Part shown: positions 1 to 8,424 of the stretch, one piece after another | How the letters are laid out: each line of letters begins with the position of its first letter | How positions within the stretch are numbered: the first letter of the stretch is position 1 | Source: Amoeboradix gromovi X-113 | Lineage: Eukaryota; Fungi; Sanchytriomycota | Reading direction: 5' to 3' | DNA length: 14,999 nt | NCBI GenBank assembly: GCA_018985225.1 | Contig: JADGIF010000200.1 | Location: 1-14,999, forward strand | The notes under the pieces: model-generated | Seen by the model: the letters and a program-made list of their open reading frames with translations, nothing else | The model's database searches: none | Told to the model about the DNA's origin: nothing | Made by a program: the position numbers and the translations under genes

Positions 1-235
1 GATCTTTTATTAATGATAGCATTTCCTCCGTATGGAGCACCTCCTTTAAAAACGAGTTAGTCTAGTTTTTATATTTGGTGTCCCATAAGTTTACTGAAAC
101 TAAAATGCTTGATGTTCATCAGAACATGTAACCAACGGTGAGAAATCTTTAGGTTTGTAAAAGGCTTACGGAATACGCTATCAAACTATTCTTACATCAA
201 ACTTGATATTTTGTGGGGTTAACTGGGTCTTACAA

Positions 236-2215
236 ATGGATTTTGGTAAACTAAAAATTTCCAAGAATCTACTAAACGGACTGAAAGCATCCAACTACCA
301 TGAGTTAACCAAAATTCAAGAACTCGCAATAAACCCAGCTTTAGAGGGCAAGGACGTAATAGTAGCTGCTAAAACCGGAAGTGGCAAAACATTATGCTTT
401 TTAATTCCCATGTTGGAGCTACTTTACAAAGAAAAAACTAGCCGCCATGACGGTCTAGTTGGTTTGATACTCACACCTACTCGTGAGCTTGCTCTTCAGA
501 TATTCAATGTACTTCGTAAAATTGGAAAGAAGTTTGAATTCTCGGCGGGATTACTCATTGGTGGCAATAATATCAAGCATGAACAGGGCAATATAGGATT
601 TATGAATATCTTAATCTGCACTCCAGGTCGTTTGTTACAGCATCTAGACCAAACTCCATTGTTTAGCGCAGACAACTTGAAATGCTTGATAATAGATGAA
701 TGTGATAGGGTGCTCGATATGGGGTTCAAGAAGCAATTAGAAGCAATTATAGAGCACTTACCACCAACAGAATACAGTCCTCGTAAAACATTTCTTTATT
801 CTGCTACAATAAATAAAAGTGTAATAGAGATTGCTTCTAATTACATGAGTAATCCAACAACTATTAAACTATATGAGCAGGACATTCTGACCCCTGTGCA
901 GCTGAATCAAAGATATATGATAACTGACGCCGACAAGAAGCTTGATGTTTTGTGGTCATACATTAAAACACACTTGAACTCCAAGTCCATGATATTTTTA
1001 ACAACTTGTAAGCAGGTTAGGTATATTTATGAATCATTTCGACAACTAAGACCTGGTGTGTCTTTAATGCATATCCACGGTGCTATGAAGCAGAATAGAA
1101 GAATGGAAAACTACTCGCAGTTTATGCATTCGAAAAAGGCGGTTCTGTTTTGCACCGATGTGGCCAGCAGAGGTCTTGATTTCACAGGAGTAGATTGGAT
1201 ACTGCAAGTAGACTGCCCTGAAGATGTAGATCAGTATATTCACCGGGTAGGAAGAAGCGCTAGGCATATGAAAGGGGGAAACACACTGCTGTTGTTAACT
1301 CCAAATGAAAATGAGTTTATAAACATGTTGAATAATAAAGATATTCCAATAAAAGAAATCAAAATGAACAAAGAAAAGCAACTGTCTATCGCTGAAAAAC
1401 TTGCAGGAGTTTTGGTTCAACACAAAGATCTCAAATCCTTAGCATATAGCTATTTCGTAAGCTATGCGAGTGCGATTTACAAGTCAAACGATAAAGAAGT
1501 ATTTCAATTTGATAAATATCCATGGGAAGCAATTGCAATGCATCTGGGACTTCATGCCATGCCAATCATCCAGTTTAAAAAAAGAAAACCCAAAATGGAA
1601 TTTCAAGCATTTACAGATGATATAGATGTTAATTTGAGTAATGAGCATTGTAAGATCATCGAAGAAGCAACAGGAAGAAAGATAAATAAGGAAGTATCCA
1701 AAATACGCTTAGAGGAAAAGAATGATTTCCTGACTCTAAAAACAAATGATAATACTGAAGAAGAGCCCGAAACTGTATACATTAGTAGGAATATAGATAG
1801 AGTCAAGCAAATGTCAAAAAGACAAATCGGCATAGCCAAACAAAAGGAAATTAAAAGCAGAGGAACAGCTAAAAGAGTAGTATTTGATGAGGATGGCAAT
1901 ATGATAGATCCTGTTAGTTTCTCTAAACTGGAAGATTTGAAGAATGTAGATGAAATGATTAATAAGAACATAACCTCAAAGGTGTTGGAAATGAAAGAGA
2001 TTGATGTGAATGATAAATTAGAGCAAAAACGGAAAAGAAAAGAACTTAAATTAGTTGCCAGAGAAAAAAAGAGAAAAATGAACGAAAAATCAGATGAAGA
2101 AGAAGAAAAAAATAATATGGAGGAGGTTGATGAACCATTGAGAAACAAGTTTGAACTTGATCGTTTGACAATTGAGCAACAGGAGCAAATGGCTTTGAAA
2201 CTGCTTGAATGTTAG
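236..2215 (+). CDS. DBP4: ATP-dependent DEAD-box RNA helicase DBP4/DDX10 (18S rRNA biogenesis)
   Basis: Q motif LTKIQ, motif I AAKTGSGKT, Ia PTRELA, Ib TPGRLLQH, II DECD, III SAT, V TDVASRGLDF, VI HRVGRSAR. DBP4-typical segments include KLDVLWSYIKTHL, CKQVRYIYESF..LRPG and a C-terminal EQMALKLL. The first ATG is at 236; the ORF track starts at a TTG at 203. Confidence 0.93.
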   Translation: MDFGKLKISKNLLNGLKASNYHELTKIQELAINPALEGKDVIVAAKTGSGKTLCFLIPMLELLYKEKTSRHDGLVGLILTPTRELALQIFNVLRKIGKKFEFSAGLLIGGNNIKHEQGNIGFMNILICTPGRLLQHLDQTPLFSADNLKCLIIDECDRVLDMGFKKQLEAIIEHLPPTEYSPRKTFLYSATINKSVIEIASNYMSNPTTIKLYEQDILTPVQLNQRYMITDADKKLDVLWSYIKTHLNSKSMIFLTTCKQVRYIYESFRQLRPGVSLMHIHGAMKQNRRMENYSQFMHSKKAVLFCTDVASRGLDFTGVDWILQVDCPEDVDQYIHRVGRSARHMKGGNTLLLLTPNENEFINMLNNKDIPIKEIKMNKEKQLSIAEKLAGVLVQHKDLKSLAYSYFVSYASAIYKSNDKEVFQFDKYPWEAIAMHLGLHAMPIIQFKKRKPKMEFQAFTDDIDVNLSNEHCKIIEEATGRKINKEVSKIRLEEKNDFLTLKTNDNTEEEPETVYISRNIDRVKQMSKRQIGIAKQKEIKSRGTAKRVVFDEDGNMIDPVSFSKLEDLKNVDEMINKNITSKVLEMKEIDVNDKLEQKRKRKELKLVAREKKRKMNEKSDEEEEKNNMEEVDEPLRNKFELDRLTIEQQEQMALKLLEC

Positions 2216-2418
2216 TAAATTAATTGTTTTTATGACTTGAGCTTCGTTTTTCATGAAGTCCCTGTCTGCTCTACCAATCAGAAAAATCGCGCAACCCACC
2301 AATCTAATTCAGACCATAGATGATATCTGCTAAACCTTCATAAATATATAGTTTCGCCAATGGTTTGTGAGCAAGCACAATAAAAAACTTAAATGAAAAT
2401 GCCGACCGTAGGGAATCC

Positions 2419-3411
2419 ATGTTAAGCACTTTGGCTTATGGCCATACATTCATTAGTCAACCTGTAACACGAAATCTAAACAGTCAAGATGTTTTTACTA
2501 CTACCAAGGGTGGATATAAGGACGCGAGTTGTGGAAACGGTAAGGATCAAGCCAATGAGCCGGTTACCACTTTAAAGAGAGGAGAAAAGCTTCCCGTAAA
2601 GTGGGCACGAAACAATCATTCTGGTGGGTTTATGAGATACAGTATTGCCTCTTTTGAAAACTCCGATGTGTATTCTGACTACAAAGTAGGCAATGTGTAC
2701 GCAGGAATTTTTGATGATCCGAAAAGAATTTTCCATTATGAATGTGCAGAGAAGGTCTGCAAGTCTGGGAAGCCTGACAATCCAACAGGTCCAGATCCAA
2801 ATCCAGCTTTCATGTCCAATGTATGCGAAGGTGATTTAACATTACCAAACTGGGTACCAAACGGAAAGTTCACTATTCAAGGTATCTGGTATGGAACAGG
2901 TCACTCAAAACAAGACATTTTCAGAGGTCAGACATTTTTCACCTCTTGCTTTGAAATCTATGTAGTTGATGGAGGTGAACCTCTTGACCCAAAAATGAAA
3001 GAGTATACTGAATATGTTAAAGGTACAGATATCAAGCTTGATAGCGCAGGACAATGCACATCGAAGGCTACATTTACCCCAGGTGATGTAAATGGAACCG
3101 AAGGATGCAAATGGTTCACTGCTACAAAAGGTACGGTTTATGGTTGCTCCAATGACGAATGCTTTTGTGAAGGTAAGTCCGATGATGAAGATTGCTATGA
3201 AAGAGGACCTCCACCAGAGTATTGCGGATCTGGAACAACCCCACCAGCTGCCCCATCTAAGCCGTCACCACCAGCTGCCCCATCTAAGCCGTCACCACCA
3301 GCTGTCCCATCTAAGCCGTCACCACCAGCTGTCCCATATAAGAGTAACAAAAAGTCAAAGCCGAAGCAGAATCCAAACAAATGCAAACCGAAACATTTTA
3401 GGTCCCAATAA
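2419..3411 (+). CDS. Secreted histidine-brace / LPMO-like protein, paralog 1
   Basis: Short leader MLSTLAYG is followed by HTFISQPVTR (HxxxxxPxxR). A second His lies in WARNNHSGGFMR, and the core ends with WVPNGKFTIQGIW and FFTSCFEI. A Cys-rich module, a Pro-rich repeat and a basic tail follow. The LPMO call rests on motif resemblance. Confidence 0.75.
   Translation: MLSTLAYGHTFISQPVTRNLNSQDVFTTTKGGYKDASCGNGKDQANEPVTTLKRGEKLPVKWARNNHSGGFMRYSIASFENSDVYSDYKVGNVYAGIFDDPKRIFHYECAEKVCKSGKPDNPTGPDPNPAFMSNVCEGDLTLPNWVPNGKFTIQGIWYGTGHSKQDIFRGQTFFTSCFEIYVVDGGEPLDPKMKEYTEYVKGTDIKLDSAGQCTSKATFTPGDVNGTEGCKWFTATKGTVYGCSNDECFCEGKSDDEDCYERGPPPEYCGSGTTPPAAPSKPSPPAAPSKPSPPAVPSKPSPPAVPYKSNKKSKPKQNPNKCKPKHFRSQ
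3241..3342 (+). repeat. 27-bp coding tandem repeat (PPA[A/V]PSKPS), about 3.7 copies
   Basis: CCACCAGCTG(C/T)CCCATCTAAGCCGTCA at 3241, 3268 and 3295, with a partial copy at 3322. Confidence 0.95.
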
Positions 3412-3707
3412 ATATCTGCATCATCAAATACATAATACTTCTGTAACAAACGTAATGTAGCAGATTTATTCTTCTTTAAATTGCTCAAACATTTACCCGG
3501 TATTTAAATTCAACAACCAACTTACACAGTTTAAAATTAAGATTATTGCAAGATATTGAATTTAGTTCATTTTTGTTAGAATTTATGATTATATAGTTCG
3601 ATTATTCTCACATAGTGGAGCGAGAACATGGCTTGATGATCAAGTAAATACGGTTTGGGTTCTTGATAAAAAAGTTTTTATAAAGATGTAGCGATTTGTT
3701 GTTGAAA

Positions 3708-4889
3708 TCAGTTTTTATTCAAATGTGGCCTTTTTTTGCATTTCTTTGCTTTTTTATGTTTCTTATGTTTCTTACCCATTTGTCCATTTGGTGGTGAAGT
3801 CTTTGGTTTCTTATGAGGGTGAGGTTCCTCCGTTATTTGTGGCAATTCAGGAGCGGCTGACTGTGTTTCATAAGGTGACTCGGTAATTGTTGGTACAGCT
3901 GACTGTGTTTCATAAGGTGCTAATTCTGTTTCAGTGGACGTTGCAACTGCGGTCGCTGTTGGCTCATAATCATTCTTGGGTTTACTTGGTTTCTCTTTTG
4001 TCTTTGAATTTTTATTTTTGCCAGTACCGGATTGTGGTGATGGATTATTTGAAGCTGACGTAGCTTCTTTGTGGCTACAACTCTCGTACTCTGGAGGCGC
4101 ACTTCTTTGATAACAATTCTTATCATCGGTTTCTCCACGACAGTAACAATCGTCGTTAGCACAGCCATATATAGTTCCTTTTGTTGCCGTAAACCATTTA
4201 CAATCTGTTGGAGCTGCGCCGGCAACACTATTGACATCACCGCCTGTAAATGTGGATCTGGTGTAACATTTCTCGCCAGTAGGTACACTGATAGAATCTG
4301 ATACAACATAGTCGGTGTATCCCTTAATATCCTCGAGTTTATCACCGCCTTTGACATAAAAATCAAAACAAGATACGTAGTACCTTAAACCACGATATTG
4401 CTCATCTTTGGAATAACCAGTACCGTACCAGACGGCTTGGATAGTGTATTTTCCATCAGGAACCCAATTAGGGACGGTAACATCTCCATAACATCGATTT
4501 GAGTTTTCCACTTTTGATGGATCAGGACCGTTGGGGTCAGTGTGACTACCAGTTTTACAGACTTTCTCTGCACATTCATAATGGATTATGCGCTTAGGGT
4601 CATCAAATATACCATTTTTGTCGTCTACAACATCCGAGTTATCAAAAGACGAGATGCTGTATCTCATGAATCCGCCATTATGGTTGTTTCGGAACCATTC
4701 AACATCAATCTTCTCCCCCCTCTTTCTTGTCAAGACTTGGCCATTGGCTCTATCTTTTGACATACCGCAATTCGTATTTCTTGCGTGTTGGTTTTTAAAA
4801 GTGTATGTACTAATTTCTGTAGCTTTTCTGATCTCGGGCTTATCAACGTGTGAATGACTCACTACCAATGTACTAAATATACTCAACAT
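3708..4889 (-). CDS. Secreted histidine-brace / LPMO-like protein, paralog 2
   Basis: MLSIFSTLVVS|HSHVDKPEIR, WFRNNHNGGFMR, HYECAEKVCK, WVPDGKYTIQAVW, YYVSCFDF. Cys spacing matches paralog 1, followed by a P/T/E-rich linker and a Lys/His-rich tail. Confidence 0.78.
   Translation of the reverse strand: MLSIFSTLVVSHSHVDKPEIRKATEISTYTFKNQHARNTNCGMSKDRANGQVLTRKRGEKIDVEWFRNNHNGGFMRYSISSFDNSDVVDDKNGIFDDPKRIIHYECAEKVCKTGSHTDPNGPDPSKVENSNRCYGDVTVPNWVPDGKYTIQAVWYGTGYSKDEQYRGLRYYVSCFDFYVKGGDKLEDIKGYTDYVVSDSISVPTGEKCYTRSTFTGGDVNSVAGAAPTDCKWFTATKGTIYGCANDDCYCRGETDDKNCYQRSAPPEYESCSHKEATSASNNPSPQSGTGKNKNSKTKEKPSKPKNDYEPTATAVATSTETELAPYETQSAVPTITESPYETQSAAPELPQITEEPHPHKKPKTSPPNGQMGKKHKKHKKAKKCKKRPHLNKN
3856..3919 (-). 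repeat. 22-bp direct repeat in the paralog 2 linker (PYETQSA x2)
   Basis: GCTGACTGTGTTTCATAAGGTG at 3856-3877 and 3898-3919. Confidence 0.85.
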
Positions 4890-5454
4890 ATGGTCCTAAT
4901 GAACCTCTTTGAACTTATTGTGAAATTTCAAAAATTTCTCGTCTGTTATTGGGTGCAAGTGATAAATGAAATTTCGATGTGATAATTCCATTGGGCGCAA
5001 GACATTAACTAATTTCATGCCAGTTTGCATCCGCTTGTATTTAATTACAATATAGACTCGTGCGATTCATTAGTTATGCCACGCTTGTTCATTTCATTAA
5101 CTAGCGTTAACCAGTCTAAAAAATTGACTAACAGTCATGTCTCTATCTCATAGACACAAAGGATGACCTGATTATTTAACACTATTACATCTAAATTATG
5201 CGCTAACAATTCTTAGATGATAAAAAGCAAATATGAATGAGTAAATTATGTTGTTATATTCCATGGATATCTTCTTTCCCTTCCACTGCTCGAGTTTAAG
5301 TGACGTTTATAATGATATTTCTAATCATCGCTTTCTTTTACGGGAAATAATTCCATTCAATGTGTTGAAAATTATTCTGTTATTGAATTAAGTGACTTCA
5401 TATTCTTATAATGCATAGCAGTTAAGAAACAAGTAATTTATTTAAAATTTAGCG

Positions 5455-6747
5455 CTAGTATGAATTCTTCAAAACCTCTCCCAGAGATGGTGATGGATTC
5501 AGTGTCTCAGAGGATTGCACTGGAGCGAGACCAGCTGTTTGTGATGGATGAGGCAATAATTTAACTAACTCAGAAGCAACTGGAGTAGCAGGAAATGTGG
5601 AAACTGATGGATATTGTCCTAGAATCGTTTCAGTTGGCAACTCTGTAACTGCCGTTGAATATGGATTTTGGGTGCTAGATAATGGCAAACCGGTATCTGA
5701 TGGGTAAGAACTTATTGTTGTTGCAGCTGATGGAAAGGGATTAATAGAAGTGTGAGCCGGCTGATGCAGAGTATTCGAGTTATATGTATGATGCCGCCTT
5801 TTACACTTTTTCGAAAGCTTTTTAACAGGCTTTCCAAGAACTTTGTTTGGCAGCACTCCTAAAAGAGGATCCACGTCACCAACTGGGGGAGGTGTAGCAT
5901 TTCTAGAAGGAGGGACTTCTACAACAGGCGTTGTATCATGTCTACATTGCACATACTCTGGTGGTGGACTTCTTTGATAGCACCTCTCATCGTCAGTTTG
6001 ACCTTTGCAGAAACAGTTGTCATCAGAACAGCCATACACAGTCCCTTTACCTGCAGTAAACCATTTACAGTCTGATTGAGGTGAACCAGCTGGAGTTGTA
6101 ACATCACCACCAGTAAATGTTGCTTTTGATTTGCATTTAGCGCCTGTTAGTACATCAATAGTTTTTCCTGGAACATAATCGGTGTATCCCGGGACGTTTT
6201 CCAAAGGAGAACCACCTTTGATATAAATATCCAAGCAAGATACATAGTATCTCAGCCCTTGGAATTTGTTACCGTTTGAGTTACCTGTGCCATACCAAAC
6301 AGTCTGCACAGTATATTTACCGTCTGGGATCCAAGTAGGAATGCTGTATCCTCCAAAACAGTGATTGGAGTTGACAACAGAAGATGGATCTCCCCCATTT
6401 GGATTAGATGAGCCTGATTTGCAGACTTTCTCTGCGCATTCATAATGTATGATGCGCTTGGGATCATCAAAGATTCCATTTGTTGCTGTAACAATATCTG
6501 AGTTCTCAAATGATGAAATACTGTATCTCATGAATCCAGCAGCATGGTTGTTTCTTGGCCAAGAAGTAGGAACATTTTCGCCTCTTTTCCATGTTTTAAC
6601 CTGATCGTTTGCGCGGTCTTTTGACATGCCACAATTTGTGTGTTTTTCGTGAATACCTTTGAAAGTGTAAGTATCGAGAGGTCCTCCACTTCTGGACCCA
6701 AATGTACGAGAGTGACTGAATACTAAAGTATTTAACACGATGAGCAT
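5455..6747 (-). CDS. Secreted histidine-brace / LPMO-like protein, paralog 3
   Basis: The first ATG is at 6747 (the track uses a GTG at 6765). Motifs: MLIVLNTLVFS|HSRTFGSR, WPRNNHAAGFMR, HYECAEKVCK, WIPDGKYTVQTVW, YYVSCLDI. A long S/T/P-rich extension follows the KKCKRRHH motif. Confidence 0.75.
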   Translation of the reverse strand: MLIVLNTLVFSHSRTFGSRSGGPLDTYTFKGIHEKHTNCGMSKDRANDQVKTWKRGENVPTSWPRNNHAAGFMRYSISSFENSDIVTATNGIFDDPKRIIHYECAEKVCKSGSSNPNGGDPSSVVNSNHCFGGYSIPTWIPDGKYTVQTVWYGTGNSNGNKFQGLRYYVSCLDIYIKGGSPLENVPGYTDYVPGKTIDVLTGAKCKSKATFTGGDVTTPAGSPQSDCKWFTAGKGTVYGCSDDNCFCKGQTDDERCYQRSPPPEYVQCRHDTTPVVEVPPSRNATPPPVGDVDPLLGVLPNKVLGKPVKKLSKKCKRRHHTYNSNTLHQPAHTSINPFPSAATTISSYPSDTGLPLSSTQNPYSTAVTELPTETILGQYPSVSTFPATPVASELVKLLPHPSQTAGLAPVQSSETLNPSPSLGEVLKNSY

Positions 6748-6939
6748 GATAAGGTGGAAGGGCACTGAATTTAAAGAAAAAGGAATACATTTGGTTTTTT
6801 GTTATTGGCCGCAAGCCCAATTCACATTTAATCTCCATTATTTTACTATTGGCAGCAACGCAATATGTATGATTGCAGTTTACCAAGTCATCAGTGATTT
6901 AGTAAATATCTAATCTGATAGACATACACTGTCCTTTCC

Positions 6940-7070
6940 TCTCCAATTTGCTGATGCTTCTCGTTAAAAGTCCTCATTTCCGAGAAAATCGAGAATTTCT
7001 AGAGAGAAACTAGCAATGCTAAATGCTCCGTTACAGTGATTGCTCACATTTTCACTACCTTGAGGCGGGA
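6940..7070 (-). ncRNA. Candidate omega-RNA scaffold of the Fanzor2 relic
   Basis: It lies 3' of the DRD/ARNI motif, where TnpB/Fanzor omega-RNAs are encoded. Short complementary segments are AGCAAT 7012-7017/ATTGCT 7039-7044, CCTCA 6972-6976/TGAGG 7061-7065 and TTCTCG 6958-6963/CGAGAA 6981-6986 or 6990-6995. Boundaries are uncertain. Confidence 0.35.
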
Positions 7071-7377
7071 TTGAATAAGGATGCAGATACTTGATGTGTA
7101 TGTTCCTTGCCACCATATGGTCTCTATCTACTTCCAAATGACAATTGGTACAAGTGTCGGTTTCTAACTTGGTTTTCTTTAGAGTACCACACCTTGTACT
7201 TGTCTGACTAGTAAATGATTCATTACATTCAACCATCTTCTTTCCTCTTTGTTTACACTTGAAATTCAAGCGTTCCTTGAATGTGTAATGGGACATTGTT
7301 GCCATATTTCTTGCGACCTTGCTCGACAAGCTACTTATCATTTGGCTAGTATTAAACGATGGTAAGTATATAAGACC
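6964..7377 (-). mobile_element. 5'-truncated Fanzor2 / IS607-TnpB-like nuclease relic (RuvC-II region, Zn finger, RuvC-III)
   Basis: The frame is open from 7377: GLIYLPSFNTSQMISSLSSKVARNMATMSHYTFKERL...NESFTSQTSTRCG...CTNC...DRDHMVARNI. This matches the Fanzor2 pattern LPxFxTxxM...ARxMxxxSHYxFxxRL...ExxTSxTCxxCG...CxxC...DRDxNxARNI. The first Zn-finger Cys is Ser (AGT, 7198-7200) and there is an in-frame TAA at 7378-7380. Confidence 0.85.
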
Positions 7378-7522
7378 TTATGTCTTTGTATACTGTACCT
7401 GTTAGTTATTTCTTTAAAATTGATTTACACTTGCGAAAAGGAAGAATATCGAGTATTTAAGCTGTTAGAAAAATCTGAAAAAGCCACGTAATAATAATAA
7501 AATGTATACAAATTCGCAATAA

Positions 7523-8371
7523 ATGATTTATTCAAGAAAACAATCGAGCTGTATCTCTCACAGAAGGATGGAGTTAGTTATGTTTCACTACTTTCCGAAT
7601 AGACAATCTTCATCAAAAGGAAGGATTGCTGCCAGTTTCGCAGCGCTTGGGATTGCATATTATATGTTAAGCGAAGAAGCACCGTTTACAAAAAGGAGAA
7701 GATTAATTTTGACTTCTCCAATAATGGAGCAATATATGGCTGAGCAGTCATATTCTAGTATAATCTCACAAACTAGAAATGCGTTATTGAGCAAAAACAG
7801 TCCATATCATCAAAAGATATCGGAAATAGCTAAAAAATTAATATCCAGCAATCAATCAATTCTGCCAACGGATGTGGACTGGGATGTCCATGTTATTGAT
7901 TCTAGCGATATGAATGCATTTGTGTTACCCAACGGTAAAATATTCTTTTTCAAGGGTCTTTTTAATTTGATCCAAAACGATTCGGAATGTGCTGCTGTTT
8001 TAGCACATGAACTATCTCACGTTGTTGCTCGTCATTCTGCAGAATCAACATCTTTTATGAGCCTTCTAACTCTCATTTCTCTTGTTCTTGGATTTCATGT
8101 GAGTGGAGTTGAAAGTATTTTAGCTACCTCAAATAGCAGAAAAATGGAGCATGAAGCTGACGAAATCAGCTTACATTTAATGGCTAACGCTTGCTATGAC
8201 CCCTACTCAGCTGTTGAATTATGGCGCAAATTTGAGTTATTAGATAAAAATAGAAACATCGAGTTTTTGAGTACTCATCCAACTCATAAGAATAGAGCGG
8301 AGAGAATCAAAAGTAAGATTCCTGATGTCGGTGACTGGAAGAAGAACTGTAAATTTAAGTGGTGGTATTAA
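7523..8371 (+). CDS. OMA1: Mitochondrial M48-family metalloendopeptidase OMA1
   Basis: EEAPFTKRRRL, WDVHVI, NAFVLPNGKIF, AAVLAHELSHVVARH (HExxH), SRKMEHEADEI, MANACYDP, EFLSTHP. The start could instead be a downstream ATG (7568 or 7580). Confidence 0.9.
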   Translation: MIYSRKQSSCISHRRMELVMFHYFPNRQSSSKGRIAASFAALGIAYYMLSEEAPFTKRRRLILTSPIMEQYMAEQSYSSIISQTRNALLSKNSPYHQKISEIAKKLISSNQSILPTDVDWDVHVIDSSDMNAFVLPNGKIFFFKGLFNLIQNDSECAAVLAHELSHVVARHSAESTSFMSLLTLISLVLGFHVSGVESILATSNSRKMEHEADEISLHLMANACYDPYSAVELWRKFELLDKNRNIEFLSTHPTHKNRAERIKSKIPDVGDWKKNCKFKWWY

Positions 8372-8424
8372 AAGTATTTGAGACCAATTTCAGAAAATAC
8401 CCGCAACTCTAAATCAGAAGACTT

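Noticed and set aside
1-60. Possible minus-strand gene start running off the window (ATG at 22-20, MLSLIKD)
   Set aside because: Too little sequence is available to evaluate it.
700-710. DECD instead of DEAD in the helicase
   Set aside because: This is a tolerated DExD variant and all other motifs are intact.
496-2302. Minus-strand ORFs inside DBP4 (496-729, 1064-1267, 1603-2148, 2090-2302)
   Set aside because: These are antisense shadows of a conserved gene. Their F/S/L-rich content mirrors the K/E-rich sense codons.
3092-6886. Alternative-frame ORFs overlapping the LPMO-like genes, including the His-rich HHQLPHLSR repeat ORF at 3092-3460
   Set aside because: They are explained by the 27-bp repeat and by codon structure of the main frame, with no independent motifs.
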